Source: Promethearchaeati archaeon (GTDB taxonomy: Archaea > Asgardarchaeota > Heimdallarchaeia > JABLTI01). From it: a stretch of 37,398 bases of DNA. Shown here piece by piece: positions 1-9,926 of the stretch. The position numbers and the translations under genes were made by a program. The notes beneath the pieces were generated by a model. That model was not told the DNA's origin. It searched no databases and saw nothing but the letters and a program-made list of their open reading frames with translations. The stretch's first letter is position 1. Every line of letters begins with the position of its first letter. Location: assembly GCA_013166835.1 (NCBI GenBank), contig JABLTI010000016.1, positions 1-37,398 on the forward strand. The letters run 5' to 3'.

Positions 1-597
1 TCTGCTAATCCTCAAGACAAGCCTTTAGTTGAAATTGCAAATAAAGAAGGAATAAAGTACTTCTTAGGAGACGAAGAAGATGTTATTCAACGACTTTCTG
101 ATGCAGCACAGCATTTCAAGCTTGATTATGTTATAAATGTGACCGCAGATAATCCACTAGTATCTTTGGAATATATTACAAAAATTTATAAAAAATTCAA
201 AAAAACAAACGCAGATCATATCAGATGTAACGATTTACCAATAGGTCTGTATTCATATGGCTTAAAACCTGAAGCTTTACTAAAGGTTTGTGAGATAAAA
301 AAAACAAAGCAAACAGAAATCTGGGGAAGCTATTTTACTGAAACAGGATTATTTGATGTCAGAAATTTAAAAATACCAAAAAAATATCAAAGAGATTATC
401 GATTAACCTTAGACTATCCAGAAGATTTCGACTTTTTTGAAAAAATATTTCATCATTTCGGGGAAGAAACATATAAAGTCTCATTAAACAATCTTATTAA
501 ATTTTTAGATAAAAATCCAGATGTGGTTGCGATTAATATAAATTGTCAAAAATTATATGAGAAAAGGAGAGAAAAACAAAAACGATTGGCAATTTAG
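1..597 (+). CDS. SpsF/KdsB-like cytidylyltransferase (CMP-nonulosonate synthetase family), 5' end outside the window
   Basis: The frame is open from base 1 (SANPQDKPLVEIANKEGIKYFLGDEEDVIQRL...TADNP...RLTLDYPEDF), so the listed GTG at 139 is internal. The GDEEDV, ADNP and TLDYPED motifs fit SpsF-type cytidylyltransferases. Collinear paralog of 6291..7037. Confidence 0.85.
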   Translation, partial: SANPQDKPLVEIANKEGIKYFLGDEEDVIQRLSDAAQHFKLDYVINVTADNPLVSLEYITKIYKKFKKTNADHIRCNDLPIGLYSYGLKPEALLKVCEIKKTKQTEIWGSYFTETGLFDVRNLKIPKKYQRDYRLTLDYPEDFDFFEKIFHHFGEETYKVSLNNLIKFLDKNPDVVAININCQKLYEKRREKQKRLAI

Positions 598-799
598 ATG
601 AAGATAATTATTATCTATGAATGCATTTCACATAAACCATTTTTCTGCAAGCAATCATATGGTGTTTTGAAATTTATTTTTGTTGTTTATTACATAAAAT
701 TGGGATTATGGTAGAAACTTTAAATAAAAATAAAGAAATTAGATAGAAATTAGTCAATTTCATAAATTTGATAAATATTATTTAACGGAGCTTATGTAA

Positions 800-1933
800 T
801 TGGAATGGAAAATACCATTATTTAAAATTCATTGGGAAGAAGAGGATGTTCAATCGATAACAGAGGTAATTCGAAGAGGAACCTATTGGGCAACAGGACC
901 AGAAATTACACAATTTGAAGAATCTTTAGCTAAATCTCTTGACAGACAATATGCGCTAACATTTAATTCTGGAACATCAGCCCTTCATACAATCTTGCAA
1001 GCTTATGATCTGAAATCATCAGAAGTATTAGTACCATCATTTTCATTTATTGCAACAGCTAATGCAGTACTTTTAGCAAGTGCTAAACCAGTATTTGTTG
1101 AAGTAGAAGAAGATTCATTTGGTTTAGAAGGAAATGATGTTAGCGAAAAAATAACCAAAAAAACCAAAGCGATTATTCCAATGCATTATGGTGGACAACC
1201 CTGTAAAGAAATTAAAGAATTAATGGATATTTCTAATGATAATAACATATTATTAATTGAGGATGCTGCGCAATCTTTTGGTTCTTATATTGATAAATAT
1301 AAGGTGGGTAATTTTGGTGATGCAGCAATGTTCAGTCTTTGCCAAAACAAAATCATAACAACAGGAGAAGGTGGATTTATTGTCACCGATAACGAAAGAC
1401 TTTATGAGAAATTAAAATTAATTAGATCACATGGTCGATTAGAAAAAACTGGTTATGATTATTTCTCAAACACTGGAGATAATGAGTATATAGAAATTGG
1501 TTTTAATTTCAGGATGGCGACAATGCTTGCTGCACTAGGATTATCACAACTTAGAAATATCTCTAAAGTGATTGACATGAGAAGAAAAAATGCTGAATAT
1601 CTCAATGAAAATTTGAAAGATTTAGAAAATCTAAAAGTACCAATTGCATATAATGATGCTTACCATATATACCAGATGTATACTATAAAATTGCAAAATA
1701 CTAATTTAAGAGAAAAATTACAGGAACATCTTACTAAAAAAAGAATAATGAGTAAAGTGTATTTCAATCCAATTCATTTGAAAGAATTCTATACTAGTAG
1801 ATATGGTTACAAAAAAGGGGATCTTCCACAAACAGAAGAATTAGCTAGTAAAGTATTGACTTTACCAATGTATCCTGATCTATCAAAAGAAGAATTAGAT
1901 TATATAATTCAAAGTGTTAGGGAAGTGATTTAA
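800..1933 (+). CDS. DegT/DnrJ/EryC1/StrS family PLP-dependent sugar aminotransferase
   Basis: NSGTSALH, IEDAAQSFG and FSLCQNKIITTGEGG (PLP lysine) motifs, C-terminal LTLPMYP. TTG start with GGAG at 787-790. Confidence 0.92.
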   Translation: MEWKIPLFKIHWEEEDVQSITEVIRRGTYWATGPEITQFEESLAKSLDRQYALTFNSGTSALHTILQAYDLKSSEVLVPSFSFIATANAVLLASAKPVFVEVEEDSFGLEGNDVSEKITKKTKAIIPMHYGGQPCKEIKELMDISNDNNILLIEDAAQSFGSYIDKYKVGNFGDAAMFSLCQNKIITTGEGGFIVTDNERLYEKLKLIRSHGRLEKTGYDYFSNTGDNEYIEIGFNFRMATMLAALGLSQLRNISKVIDMRRKNAEYLNENLKDLENLKVPIAYNDAYHIYQMYTIKLQNTNLREKLQEHLTKKRIMSKVYFNPIHLKEFYTSRYGYKKGDLPQTEELASKVLTLPMYPDLSKEELDYIIQSVREVI

Positions 1934-1934
1934 A

Positions 1935-2996
1935 ATGAATCTCACAGATGACAAACTAAAAAATGTATTTCAAGATAAAAAAATATTGGTTACTGGTGGG
2001 ACTGGTTCTGTTGGTGCAGTTATAGTTCAGAGATTACTCAAATACAATCCAAAAGTTATAAGGGTTTTCTGTAATGATGAAAATGCAATATTTCAATTAA
2101 AAGAAAAGTTGAAACATAAAAGAAATTTACGATACTTATTGGGAGATATTAGAGATAAAGAAAGACTTACTCGAGCAATGGAAGATATCGAAATAATTTA
2201 TCATGCTGCAGCATTAAAACATGTACCACTATGTGAATATAATCCATTTGAAGCTGTAAAAACAAATGTTCTAGGGACACAAAATCTTATCGATGGCGCT
2301 CTTTTGACCGGTGTAAAGAAAGTTATTAACATCAGTACTGATAAAGCAGTCAATCCTGTAAATACTATGGGAGCAACAAAACTGTTAGCGGAAAAACTAA
2401 TCACGGATGCTAATAATTATCGGGGATTAAAAGATATTACTTTTTCATCTGTAAGATTTGGTAATGTACTATACTCTCGTGGTTCTGTTGTAGAGATTTT
2501 TGAAAGAAATATCAAAGAAGGAAAACCAATCAATATTACCGATCCAAAAATGACCAGATTCATGATGTCACTTCCAGATGCCACAGATTTGATTTTTCAA
2601 GCAACAATTATGGCAAAAGGCTTTGAAATATTCATTCTTAAAATGCCCATTGTTAGAACTGGAGATTTAGCTGATGCAGTGATTGATGATTATACTCAAA
2701 GATACAAGATTGACAAGAAAACCGTTAAAAAAGAGATAATTGGTGCTAGATTAGGAGAAAAGATGTTCGAAGAACTAATGACAGAAATTGAAGCTGAAAA
2801 AGCATTTGAAACCGAAAAAATGTTTATTGTCTTTCCTAAAGTCGAGGATTTAGAAAATCTAAAAGCAAATAGACTTGGTTTCGAGAACGCTAAAAAGTGT
2901 CAAAGAACAAAATATAACTCATATGATTCAGATTACCTTTCAATAGCTGAGATTAAGAAGTTGCTTAAAAGAGCAAGAAAAAGCTATAAAGAATAA
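1935..2996 (+). CDS. UDP-N-acetylglucosamine 4,6-dehydratase (CapD/PseB/LegB-like, polysaccharide biosynthesis protein)
   Basis: TGGTGSVG Rossmann motif, HAAALKHVP, STDKAVNP, MGATK, VRFGNV, SRGSV, MTRF. Starts 1 nt after the previous stop. Confidence 0.92.
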   Translation: MNLTDDKLKNVFQDKKILVTGGTGSVGAVIVQRLLKYNPKVIRVFCNDENAIFQLKEKLKHKRNLRYLLGDIRDKERLTRAMEDIEIIYHAAALKHVPLCEYNPFEAVKTNVLGTQNLIDGALLTGVKKVINISTDKAVNPVNTMGATKLLAEKLITDANNYRGLKDITFSSVRFGNVLYSRGSVVEIFERNIKEGKPINITDPKMTRFMMSLPDATDLIFQATIMAKGFEIFILKMPIVRTGDLADAVIDDYTQRYKIDKKTVKKEIIGARLGEKMFEELMTEIEAEKAFETEKMFIVFPKVEDLENLKANRLGFENAKKCQRTKYNSYDSDYLSIAEIKKLLKRARKSYKE

Positions 2997-3084
2997 TGAA
3001 ATGTTAACAATTAATGTTTTATTAGAACTTGATATCAGCTATTCGAGAAATTAATTAGAAAAACTGAACTGGTCTGAAGAATAA

Positions 3085-5067
3085 ATGGTAGAAAAGAAAC
3101 GTTTGTTAGCCTTTTCTCTTGAGAGAGAATCCGAATGGTTGAATAAGAAAATCAAGAAAGTTCATAGAAATTTTGATGAAATAATTTATGTTACTTTTTC
3201 AGAAGACCAAATTAAATTTCCACAAATTAATAACTTGGAAAAATTAAATTCTGAAGACTTTATTAATGAAGCTACTTATGAAAATCATTTCAGAATACTA
3301 AATGAGTTCGTTTTAAATATATCAAAAGAAATTTTTTCAGATGAAACTATAAGAAATAATTTCTTAATTGATGGAATAAATCTTTGGTGGTTTTTACCAA
3401 TAAGGATTTTTTCAATTTTAGTTAGTAACAAAACTCTAATGACACTTACAAAAGTATCAAATATTTTAAATCAAGTAAAACCAGAAAAAGTTTTTTTTGA
3501 TTCCTCATCAAAGAATGCTCCTCTAATTAAGATTGTTTGTGATAAAATGTCAATAAAATATGATACAAATATGACTTTTATATCCAAAGTAAAAAACAAA
3601 ATAAAAGAAATAACTGTGAATCTTTTTGCAGGTTTGAAGAGAAGAATAGAGGCTAAAAAATTAGCACGTTGGTCCAAGACAATAATTAATACTTCTAAAA
3701 TCTTAACGAAGAATAAACAAAGAATAGCTTTTACATTTTTGGAAAGTGATTTCAGACTTGATTTTAACATCAAAGGTGAATTGAAAAAGCATGATATCTA
3801 TCAGAAGAATATACAGCTAAAGTTGAAAGAGTTAAGCAATTTTGAAATATATTCTATAAACTTAATCAAAAATACGAAGCAAATCGAATCACTAACTGGA
3901 ATCAATGAAGAAATAAAAAGTACAAATCATATACCTCTATATCATTTCTATTCTCAGAAACTATCTAATAAATCAGCAAAAGCAAGACGAACTATTAGAA
4001 TTAGATTGAAAAAATTGTTTAAAAATCCAAAATTTAAAAACGCATTTACATTTAATGGTTTTTCATTAATAGATGCATATAGTTTCATTTTTAGTAGACA
4101 ATTCAGTACTCAACTAGTAACAGGATTTGAATATATTCATCTTTTTAGAGATGCTTTTTCATTGATTAAACCTAAGGTTTTCATTCATTATAATGAGAAT
4201 TCTGGTTTTGGGAGAGCAGCAATTTTAGCTTCAAAAATGTTAAATTTCCCTGTTATTGCATTACAACATGGAAATATTAGTTTTTCATCAGCAAGTGCGT
4301 ATTTTATTTACAAGAAATGGATCTGCAATAAAAACCAAAATGATTTAACTGCAACATGTTGTCATATGTCATCAATTCTTTCTGTTTATTCAAAGGAAGA
4401 TAAGGATATGCTTGTAAATTATGGAGGATTCTCCGAAGATAGAATAAAAGTCACAGGTTGTCCAAGATGGGATATTATCTTAAACAAAGATGTTTTACAA
4501 AAAGATGATTTTCACAAAAAAATTGGCTTAGATTCAAATAAGAAAACGATTGTTGTGTTAAGTCAACCTCTCAAGTTCAAAGAATACAGAGATATTTTTA
4601 GAAAAGAGGTCCTGGAAGCATTCAAAAATAACAAGCATGACTTACAGATTATTTGGAAACCACATCCAAGGGAAAATGAAGATGAAATCAGAGAACTTGT
4701 TAGGAATTATAAAACAAAGAATATTATAGTACAGAAGAATTTACCATTATTCCAAGTATTAAATGCATGTGATATTGCTTTAACTACTCATTCTACTGCA
4801 GGACTTGAAGCAATGCTTTTTGATAAACCACTTATAACACTTATTCCACGTGGAGAAGTTGAAGCAAAACTCTTCAAAGGTTCAGATGCTGTTTTTAAGG
4901 TTATCAATCATGAAGAATTAACAAATGCTATTGATTTATTACTTAATGATGAAAAAACAAAAAAACAAATTAAAAAGGGTCGAGATAAATTAATTGTTGA
5001 TTATCTTGAATTTGATGGTAAGGCTTCACAAAGAAATGCTGAACTAATTTTAAAAATGAGTGAATAA
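3085..5067 (+). CDS. Large GT-B-fold surface-glycan protein (CDP-glycerol glycerophosphotransferase / sialyltransferase-like C-terminal half)
   Basis: 660 aa with LQHG, TGCPRWD, WKPHPRE and STAGLEAMLFDKP motifs and C-terminal DGKASQR. Lies inside the nonulosonate cluster. Confidence 0.6.
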   Translation: MVEKKRLLAFSLERESEWLNKKIKKVHRNFDEIIYVTFSEDQIKFPQINNLEKLNSEDFINEATYENHFRILNEFVLNISKEIFSDETIRNNFLIDGINLWWFLPIRIFSILVSNKTLMTLTKVSNILNQVKPEKVFFDSSSKNAPLIKIVCDKMSIKYDTNMTFISKVKNKIKEITVNLFAGLKRRIEAKKLARWSKTIINTSKILTKNKQRIAFTFLESDFRLDFNIKGELKKHDIYQKNIQLKLKELSNFEIYSINLIKNTKQIESLTGINEEIKSTNHIPLYHFYSQKLSNKSAKARRTIRIRLKKLFKNPKFKNAFTFNGFSLIDAYSFIFSRQFSTQLVTGFEYIHLFRDAFSLIKPKVFIHYNENSGFGRAAILASKMLNFPVIALQHGNISFSSASAYFIYKKWICNKNQNDLTATCCHMSSILSVYSKEDKDMLVNYGGFSEDRIKVTGCPRWDIILNKDVLQKDDFHKKIGLDSNKKTIVVLSQPLKFKEYRDIFRKEVLEAFKNNKHDLQIIWKPHPRENEDEIRELVRNYKTKNIIVQKNLPLFQVLNACDIALTTHSTAGLEAMLFDKPLITLIPRGEVEAKLFKGSDAVFKVINHEELTNAIDLLLNDEKTKKQIKKGRDKLIVDYLEFDGKASQRNAELILKMSE

Positions 5068-5222
5068 TTATTTATGATAATTTTATGTTGAATAATGATT
5101 GACAGAATAAAATTTTATCATTCTTATGAAATTTTAATTTGATAGGAAAGAGTATTATTCCGAAATGAAATAAGAAAAGTAGACAGTTAAATCAAAAGAA
5201 TATGAAGAAGTTGAATGGAAAG

Positions 5223-6266
5223 ATGAAGTCATTTAAAATTGGGAAAAAAAATATTGGTGATGGACATCCTACATATATTGTTGGTGAGATGGCTTGGTCA
5301 CATGATGGTTCAATTGAAAAAGCAGAGGAAATTGTAAAGGCATGTGTAGATGCAGGATGTGATGCAGTAAATTTCCATATAACTTGTTTAGAGGATTATA
5401 TGGTTCCTCATTATCAGGCTGATGAAAAAAGTTCCTCAGCGTATGAAAAATTATCAGAATTAGCAATTCCATTTGATGCTTGGCCAGAAATTTTTAGCTA
5501 CACAAAGAAGTTGGGAATTCAAATTAGTGCCTTGTGTAATGATATAAAAAGTGCTGAATTAGTAAGCAAATTAAATCCTGATATTTGTATGTTTCATGCA
5601 AGCTGCATAACCGAGGAGAGATTAATTAGAAAAATAGCTCAAATCGGAAAACCAGTTTTTTTTGCAATGGGTGGTTCAACTATTGAAGAAATCTTGCAGG
5701 CTATTAAATGGCTTAAAGAAGAAGGATGCGACAAGATCGCCATACTTTATGGCATTCAGAGTTATCCAACAAAATTACAGGATAATAATGTAAATTTTAT
5801 TAAAACACTAAAAATGATGTTTGGCAGACCTGTGGGTTTTTCTGATCATACTGATGCTGAAGATCCATTAGCTTTGGTTGTTCCCCTCATGAGTATTCCT
5901 TTAGGAGCGAATATTTTAGAAAAACATGTAACACATGATCGATCAAAAAAAGGAACTGATTATTTTGCAGCTCTTAATCCAGATGAACTTGAAACCTTTG
6001 TAGATCATGTTAGAAGAATAGAAACAGTATTTGGAAGCTCAGGAACAAGACCATTCTCAGAAGCTGAGAAAAACTATCGGCAATTAGTAAGAAAGCGAAT
6101 TGTAGCAATTAGGGATTTGAAAAAAGGACATGTTCTTTCTGATGAAGATGTTCATGCAATGCGTACAACAGAAGGTATCCCACCTGATCATATCAAGATG
6201 TATCTTGGTAAGGAATTAAAAAAAGATATTAAAAAATATGATTCAATAACAGAAGATCTATTCTAG
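5223..6266 (+). CDS. neuB: NeuB-family nonulosonate synthase with C-terminal SAF domain, divergent active site
   Basis: GFSDHT, EKHVT and SYPT motifs and SAF tail (VAIRDLKKGHVLSEDV-like). The start is probably the ATG at 5223 (MKSFKIG, matching MKEFKIG of the second NeuB); the ORF track gives 5202. Confidence 0.85.
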   Translation: MKSFKIGKKNIGDGHPTYIVGEMAWSHDGSIEKAEEIVKACVDAGCDAVNFHITCLEDYMVPHYQADEKSSSAYEKLSELAIPFDAWPEIFSYTKKLGIQISALCNDIKSAELVSKLNPDICMFHASCITEERLIRKIAQIGKPVFFAMGGSTIEEILQAIKWLKEEGCDKIAILYGIQSYPTKLQDNNVNFIKTLKMMFGRPVGFSDHTDAEDPLALVVPLMSIPLGANILEKHVTHDRSKKGTDYFAALNPDELETFVDHVRRIETVFGSSGTRPFSEAEKNYRQLVRKRIVAIRDLKKGHVLSDEDVHAMRTTEGIPPDHIKMYLGKELKKDIKKYDSITEDLF

Positions 6267-6290
6267 TTAAATTATCACGGATTGATTATT

Positions 6291-7037
6291 ATGAAGATAG
6301 GATTTTTAATAACTGCAAGGTTAAAATCAACAAGACTTCCCGAAAAACTTATTCTAAAAATATATGGAAGAGAAATGATTAGACATATGATTGATAGGTT
6401 GAAATTAAGTGAAGCATTAGATCAGATTATAATTTGTACTTCTCCAAATCCCCAAGACAAACCTTTAGTTAATATAGCAAATGAAGAGGGAATAAAGTAC
6501 TTCTTAGGAGATGAAGATGATGTTATTCAACGATTATCGGATGCTGCTGAGTTTTTCAAATTAGATTTTGCTATTAATATTTCTGCGGATAATCCTCTTG
6601 TTTCAATTAAGTATATTGAACGAATAAGAGAAGAATTTGAAAATACAAATGCAGATCATATCAGATGTATGGATTTACCAATTGGTTTGTTTTCTTATGG
6701 TCTCAAACCAGCAGCTTTGAAAGAAGTCTGTAAAATTAAAAAATCAAAGCAGACAGAAGTATGGGGACGATATTTCACTGAAACTGGATTATTTGAAGTT
6801 AGAGATTTAGTAGTTGATGACAATCATAAAAGAAATTATAGAATGACTCTAGATTATCCAGAAGACTTTGAATTATTTGAAGCAATTTTTAGTCATTTTG
6901 GTGAAGAAACATACAAAACAAATATTGATGATATTTTGCAGTTCCTCGATGAAAATCCTGATATTGCTGCAATAAATATGGATTGTCAAAAAAAGTATGA
7001 AGAGAGATTATCTAAACAGAGAGAACTTGCTAAATAA
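6291..7037 (+). CDS. SpsF/KdsB-like cytidylyltransferase (CMP-nonulosonate synthetase family)
   Basis: N-terminal ITARLKSTRLPEK nucleotidyltransferase motif, plus GDEDDV, SADNP and TLDYPEDF. ATG at 6291 is the likely start (ORF track 6282). Confidence 0.88.
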   Translation: MKIGFLITARLKSTRLPEKLILKIYGREMIRHMIDRLKLSEALDQIIICTSPNPQDKPLVNIANEEGIKYFLGDEDDVIQRLSDAAEFFKLDFAINISADNPLVSIKYIERIREEFENTNADHIRCMDLPIGLFSYGLKPAALKEVCKIKKSKQTEVWGRYFTETGLFEVRDLVVDDNHKRNYRMTLDYPEDFELFEAIFSHFGEETYKTNIDDILQFLDENPDIAAINMDCQKKYEERLSKQRELAK

Positions 7038-7057
7038 TTTAACTATTTTTTATGAAA

Positions 7058-7705
7058 TTACTTCTTAGTTTTTTTAACCTTAGCCGGATTACCAAAAGCT
7101 ACACAATTGTCAGGTAAATCATCAATAACTACTGATCCACCTCCAATTGTGGTATTTTCACCAATAGTTATGTTCTCAATAATTGCAGATCCTATGCCAA
7201 CCATAGAATATTTACCAATTTTAACTGTTCCAGCTAAATTAGCTCCAGGTGCAATGTGAACAAAATCACTAATGACATTATCATGATCAATAGTTGCCCC
7301 AGTATTAAGTATTACACCATCACCAATCTGACTATCAAAATTAATGATTACACCAGCAACTATCAAAATACCTTTGCCCATGCTGACTGTATCAGATATA
7401 ATTGCACTGGGATGAATTGCGTTTATTATCTCATATTGGTCTTTTAATTCAATGAAGATTCTTTCTCTAGTTTTGTTGTTTCCAATTGCAATAAATATTC
7501 CATCGGTATAATTTTTTAGCTTATTAGAGAGGTCTGAGATATTTCCTAGAATAGATAATCCACAGAATTCTTGTCCATTTTTTTTGGGATTATCATCTAT
7601 GAAACCAACTACTGTATCATTGCCTGATGAATTAATAACATCAAAAGCAACTTTCGCATGACCTCCTGCACCAATTATCAAAATCTTCAAGTTAAGCAAC
7701 CACAC
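7058..7705 (-). CDS. NeuD/PglD-family sugar acetyltransferase (left-handed beta-helix)
   Basis: IIGAGGHAKV, GFIDD, AIGNN..R, IHPSA, NTGATIDHD, hexapeptide repeats and GNPAK. The true start may be the TTG at 7690. Confidence 0.9.
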   Translation of the reverse strand: MWLLNLKILIIGAGGHAKVAFDVINSSGNDTVVGFIDDNPKKNGQEFCGLSILGNISDLSNKLKNYTDGIFIAIGNNKTRERIFIELKDQYEIINAIHPSAIISDTVSMGKGILIVAGVIINFDSQIGDGVILNTGATIDHDNVISDFVHIAPGANLAGTVKIGKYSMVGIGSAIIENITIGENTTIGGGSVVIDDLPDNCVAFGNPAKVKKTKK

Positions 7706-7715
7706 TTCATTTTTT

Positions 7716-8849
7716 CTAGATCTTTTCTATAATTTCTTTATCAAGCTTAATATTAGCTAAAATTTCTACAATTTTCTTGCTAGAATTACCTTTTCCATAG
7801 GGATTAACACTCTTTTTTACAATTTCTTGATGTTCTTTGGTTATACTAACCTCTACTGCATTTATAATTTCTTTTTGATTGTAATCAACATCAATGATAT
7901 AATCAGCTCGTTCGCGATTTCGTTGTCTTGTTCCAATATTGACAACAGAAATCCCTAATGCTGGAGCCTCAATTATCGCACTACTTGAATTTCCAATCAT
8001 GACTGATGCCATAGCTAAAACTCCCAAGTAATGATCTCGGGAGATATTTTTGAAGGTTTTAAGGAAGGGCAGTTTTTCATATTTCTGTATCATTCTAATC
8101 ATTGCTCTTCCACCTGCATCTGAATTCGGATAAACTAATACTGTTTGAGTTTTTAGCTTGCTAATAGCTTCTAACGTTTCTTTAATTTGCTGTTCACTAT
8201 CATCAACTTCGAAAGTATTTGGATGCTGAACTACTAGAATTAATTTTTCATTGGGATCTAAGCCAAGTTCTTTAGAGACAACTTCTTTTGAAGCATACTC
8301 ACCCGCATAAATTGGATCTAATCCTGGAGCACCAACAACATAAATTCTTTCAGCTTTTTCGTTCATAGAAATAATTCTGTTTTTACTTTGCTGTGTTGCT
8401 GGTAGATGTATACTAGCAAATTTTGTTATAGCATTTCGCGTTAAATCATCTACAGTTCCCGAAATTTCTCCTCCGTGTAAATGAGCAATTGCGATATTCA
8501 TGTATGCTGCAGTAATTGCAGCTGCCAACATTTCTCCTCTATCTCCGAGGACAAGAACAAGATCAGGTTTTATTTTATCGAAGCTTTTTGTTAAACCTAA
8601 AACAGCATTACCAACCGCTTGAGACATAGCAACACTGGTATCCTCTTTCTCAAGGATATTAATCTCATCAGCTATATCAAATCCTTGTTGTTTAATTTCA
8701 TTAATCGTATAACCAAACTCTTCTGATAAATGCATACCAGTAACTATAAGATGTAATTCTAATTTTGGATGCGCTATAATCTGTTTTAAAACAGGAGCAA
8801 ATAAACCAAAATCAGCTCTAGTTCCAGTAATAACCGCGATTTTTCTCAT
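7716..8849 (-). CDS. neuC: UDP-GlcNAc 2-epimerase, hydrolysing (NeuC/LegG type)
   Basis: TGTRADFG, TGMHLS, LGDRGE, HLHGGE, YPNSDAG, GNSSS and GTRQ motifs typical of the hydrolysing subfamily. Confidence 0.92.
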   Translation of the reverse strand: MRKIAVITGTRADFGLFAPVLKQIIAHPKLELHLIVTGMHLSEEFGYTINEIKQQGFDIADEINILEKEDTSVAMSQAVGNAVLGLTKSFDKIKPDLVLVLGDRGEMLAAAITAAYMNIAIAHLHGGEISGTVDDLTRNAITKFASIHLPATQQSKNRIISMNEKAERIYVVGAPGLDPIYAGEYASKEVVSKELGLDPNEKLILVVQHPNTFEVDDSEQQIKETLEAISKLKTQTVLVYPNSDAGGRAMIRMIQKYEKLPFLKTFKNISRDHYLGVLAMASVMIGNSSSAIIEAPALGISVVNIGTRQRNRERADYIIDVDYNQKEIINAVEVSITKEHQEIVKKSVNPYGKGNSSKKIVEILANIKLDKEIIEKI

Positions 8850-8879
8850 CTTTTAACATCCAATAGTTCATTTGAAGAG

Positions 8880-9926
8880 TTAAACCATTTTCCATGAAAT
8901 CATTTCATCTTTTTTAATATCAGCTCTAGTTTTACGACCTATTATAATTTTCCAGTATTTAGGAGATATACCTATTCCGGGTCGTTTTACAGCAAGCATG
9001 TCTTCAGTTATTATAGTCCCTTTTGGTATATCTATTGCAGCGGTAATACTTTTGCGAGCAACTTCTTTTATTGGGATTTCTGATTGGAGTAATTTTTTAA
9101 CTGGACTTCCAAGTGATGTTTCTATATTTCTAATTCCATCAATCATTGATTTCATCTCTTTAGGTTCAAGAGATGCTTTATGATCAGGACCAATCATATT
9201 CTTGTCTAGTGTGAAATGTTTCTCGATTAACTCAGCTCCCAATGCAACTGCTGCTAAGGGGGCAGCGATGCCAAGAGTGTGATCTGAAAAACCTATTGGA
9301 ATATCAAATGCTTGTTGGAAAGTTTGCATTACTCGCAAATTAACATCTTCGAAATTTGCAGGATAGCTTGTTACACAATGCAGTAAAGCAATCTCTTTAC
9401 ATCCTCCTTCTCGCAACCAGTTTAAAGAATCCACAATTTCTCCTAAAGTTGACATTCCGGAAGAGAGAATTACAGGTTTTTCATATTTAGCTATTTGTTT
9501 TAAAAGAGGATAATTGTCAATATCACTTGAACCAATTTTATATGCAGAAGTTCCTAATTCTTCAAGAATGCTAGCAGTTTCAAAACCATACGGAGTAGAA
9601 AAATACTCAATAAGTTTTTTACTGCAGTAATTGAAAATTTCTCTTGTTTCTTCCTTATTCAACTCTAACTTCTTCAACATATCTAATTGTGATTCTTCTT
9701 TATTAGCAAGCTCTTTCTGATATTCTGCTTTGGGAGCTTCTTTAGTAGCGAGTTTTTCTGCTTTGAAGGTTTGAAACTTTATAGCACTTGCACCAAATTC
9801 AACAGCTGCATCGATCATTTTTTTGGCAATATTGATGTCTCCATTGTGATTAACTCCTGCTTCAGCAATAACAAAAACAGGTGAATCTCCACCAATCTTA
9901 GTTTTTCCTATTTTGAATTCTTTCAC
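8880..9926 (-). CDS. neuB: N-acetylneuraminate/legionaminate synthase (canonical NeuB) with SAF domain
   Basis: IAEAGVNHNG, IKFQTF, STP, KIGS, SSGM, LHCVTSYP, GFSDHT, IEKHFTLD, GPDHKASL and KRPG motifs. GTG start. Confidence 0.95.
   Translation of the reverse strand: MKEFKIGKTKIGGDSPVFVIAEAGVNHNGDINIAKKMIDAAVEFGASAIKFQTFKAEKLATKEAPKAEYQKELANKEESQLDMLKKLELNKEETREIFNYCSKKLIEYFSTPYGFETASILEELGTSAYKIGSSDIDNYPLLKQIAKYEKPVILSSGMSTLGEIVDSLNWLREGGCKEIALLHCVTSYPANFEDVNLRVMQTFQQAFDIPIGFSDHTLGIAAPLAAVALGAELIEKHFTLDKNMIGPDHKASLEPKEMKSMIDGIRNIETSLGSPVKKLLQSEIPIKEVARKSITAAIDIPKGTIITEDMLAVKRPGIGISPKYWKIIIGRKTRADIKKDEMISWKMV

Noticed and set aside
800-2996. Calling the dehydratase and aminotransferase pseB/pseC
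   Set aside because: No PseG/PseH in the window, and a hydrolysing NeuC is present. Stereochemistry cannot be read from the motifs, so no symbol was assigned.
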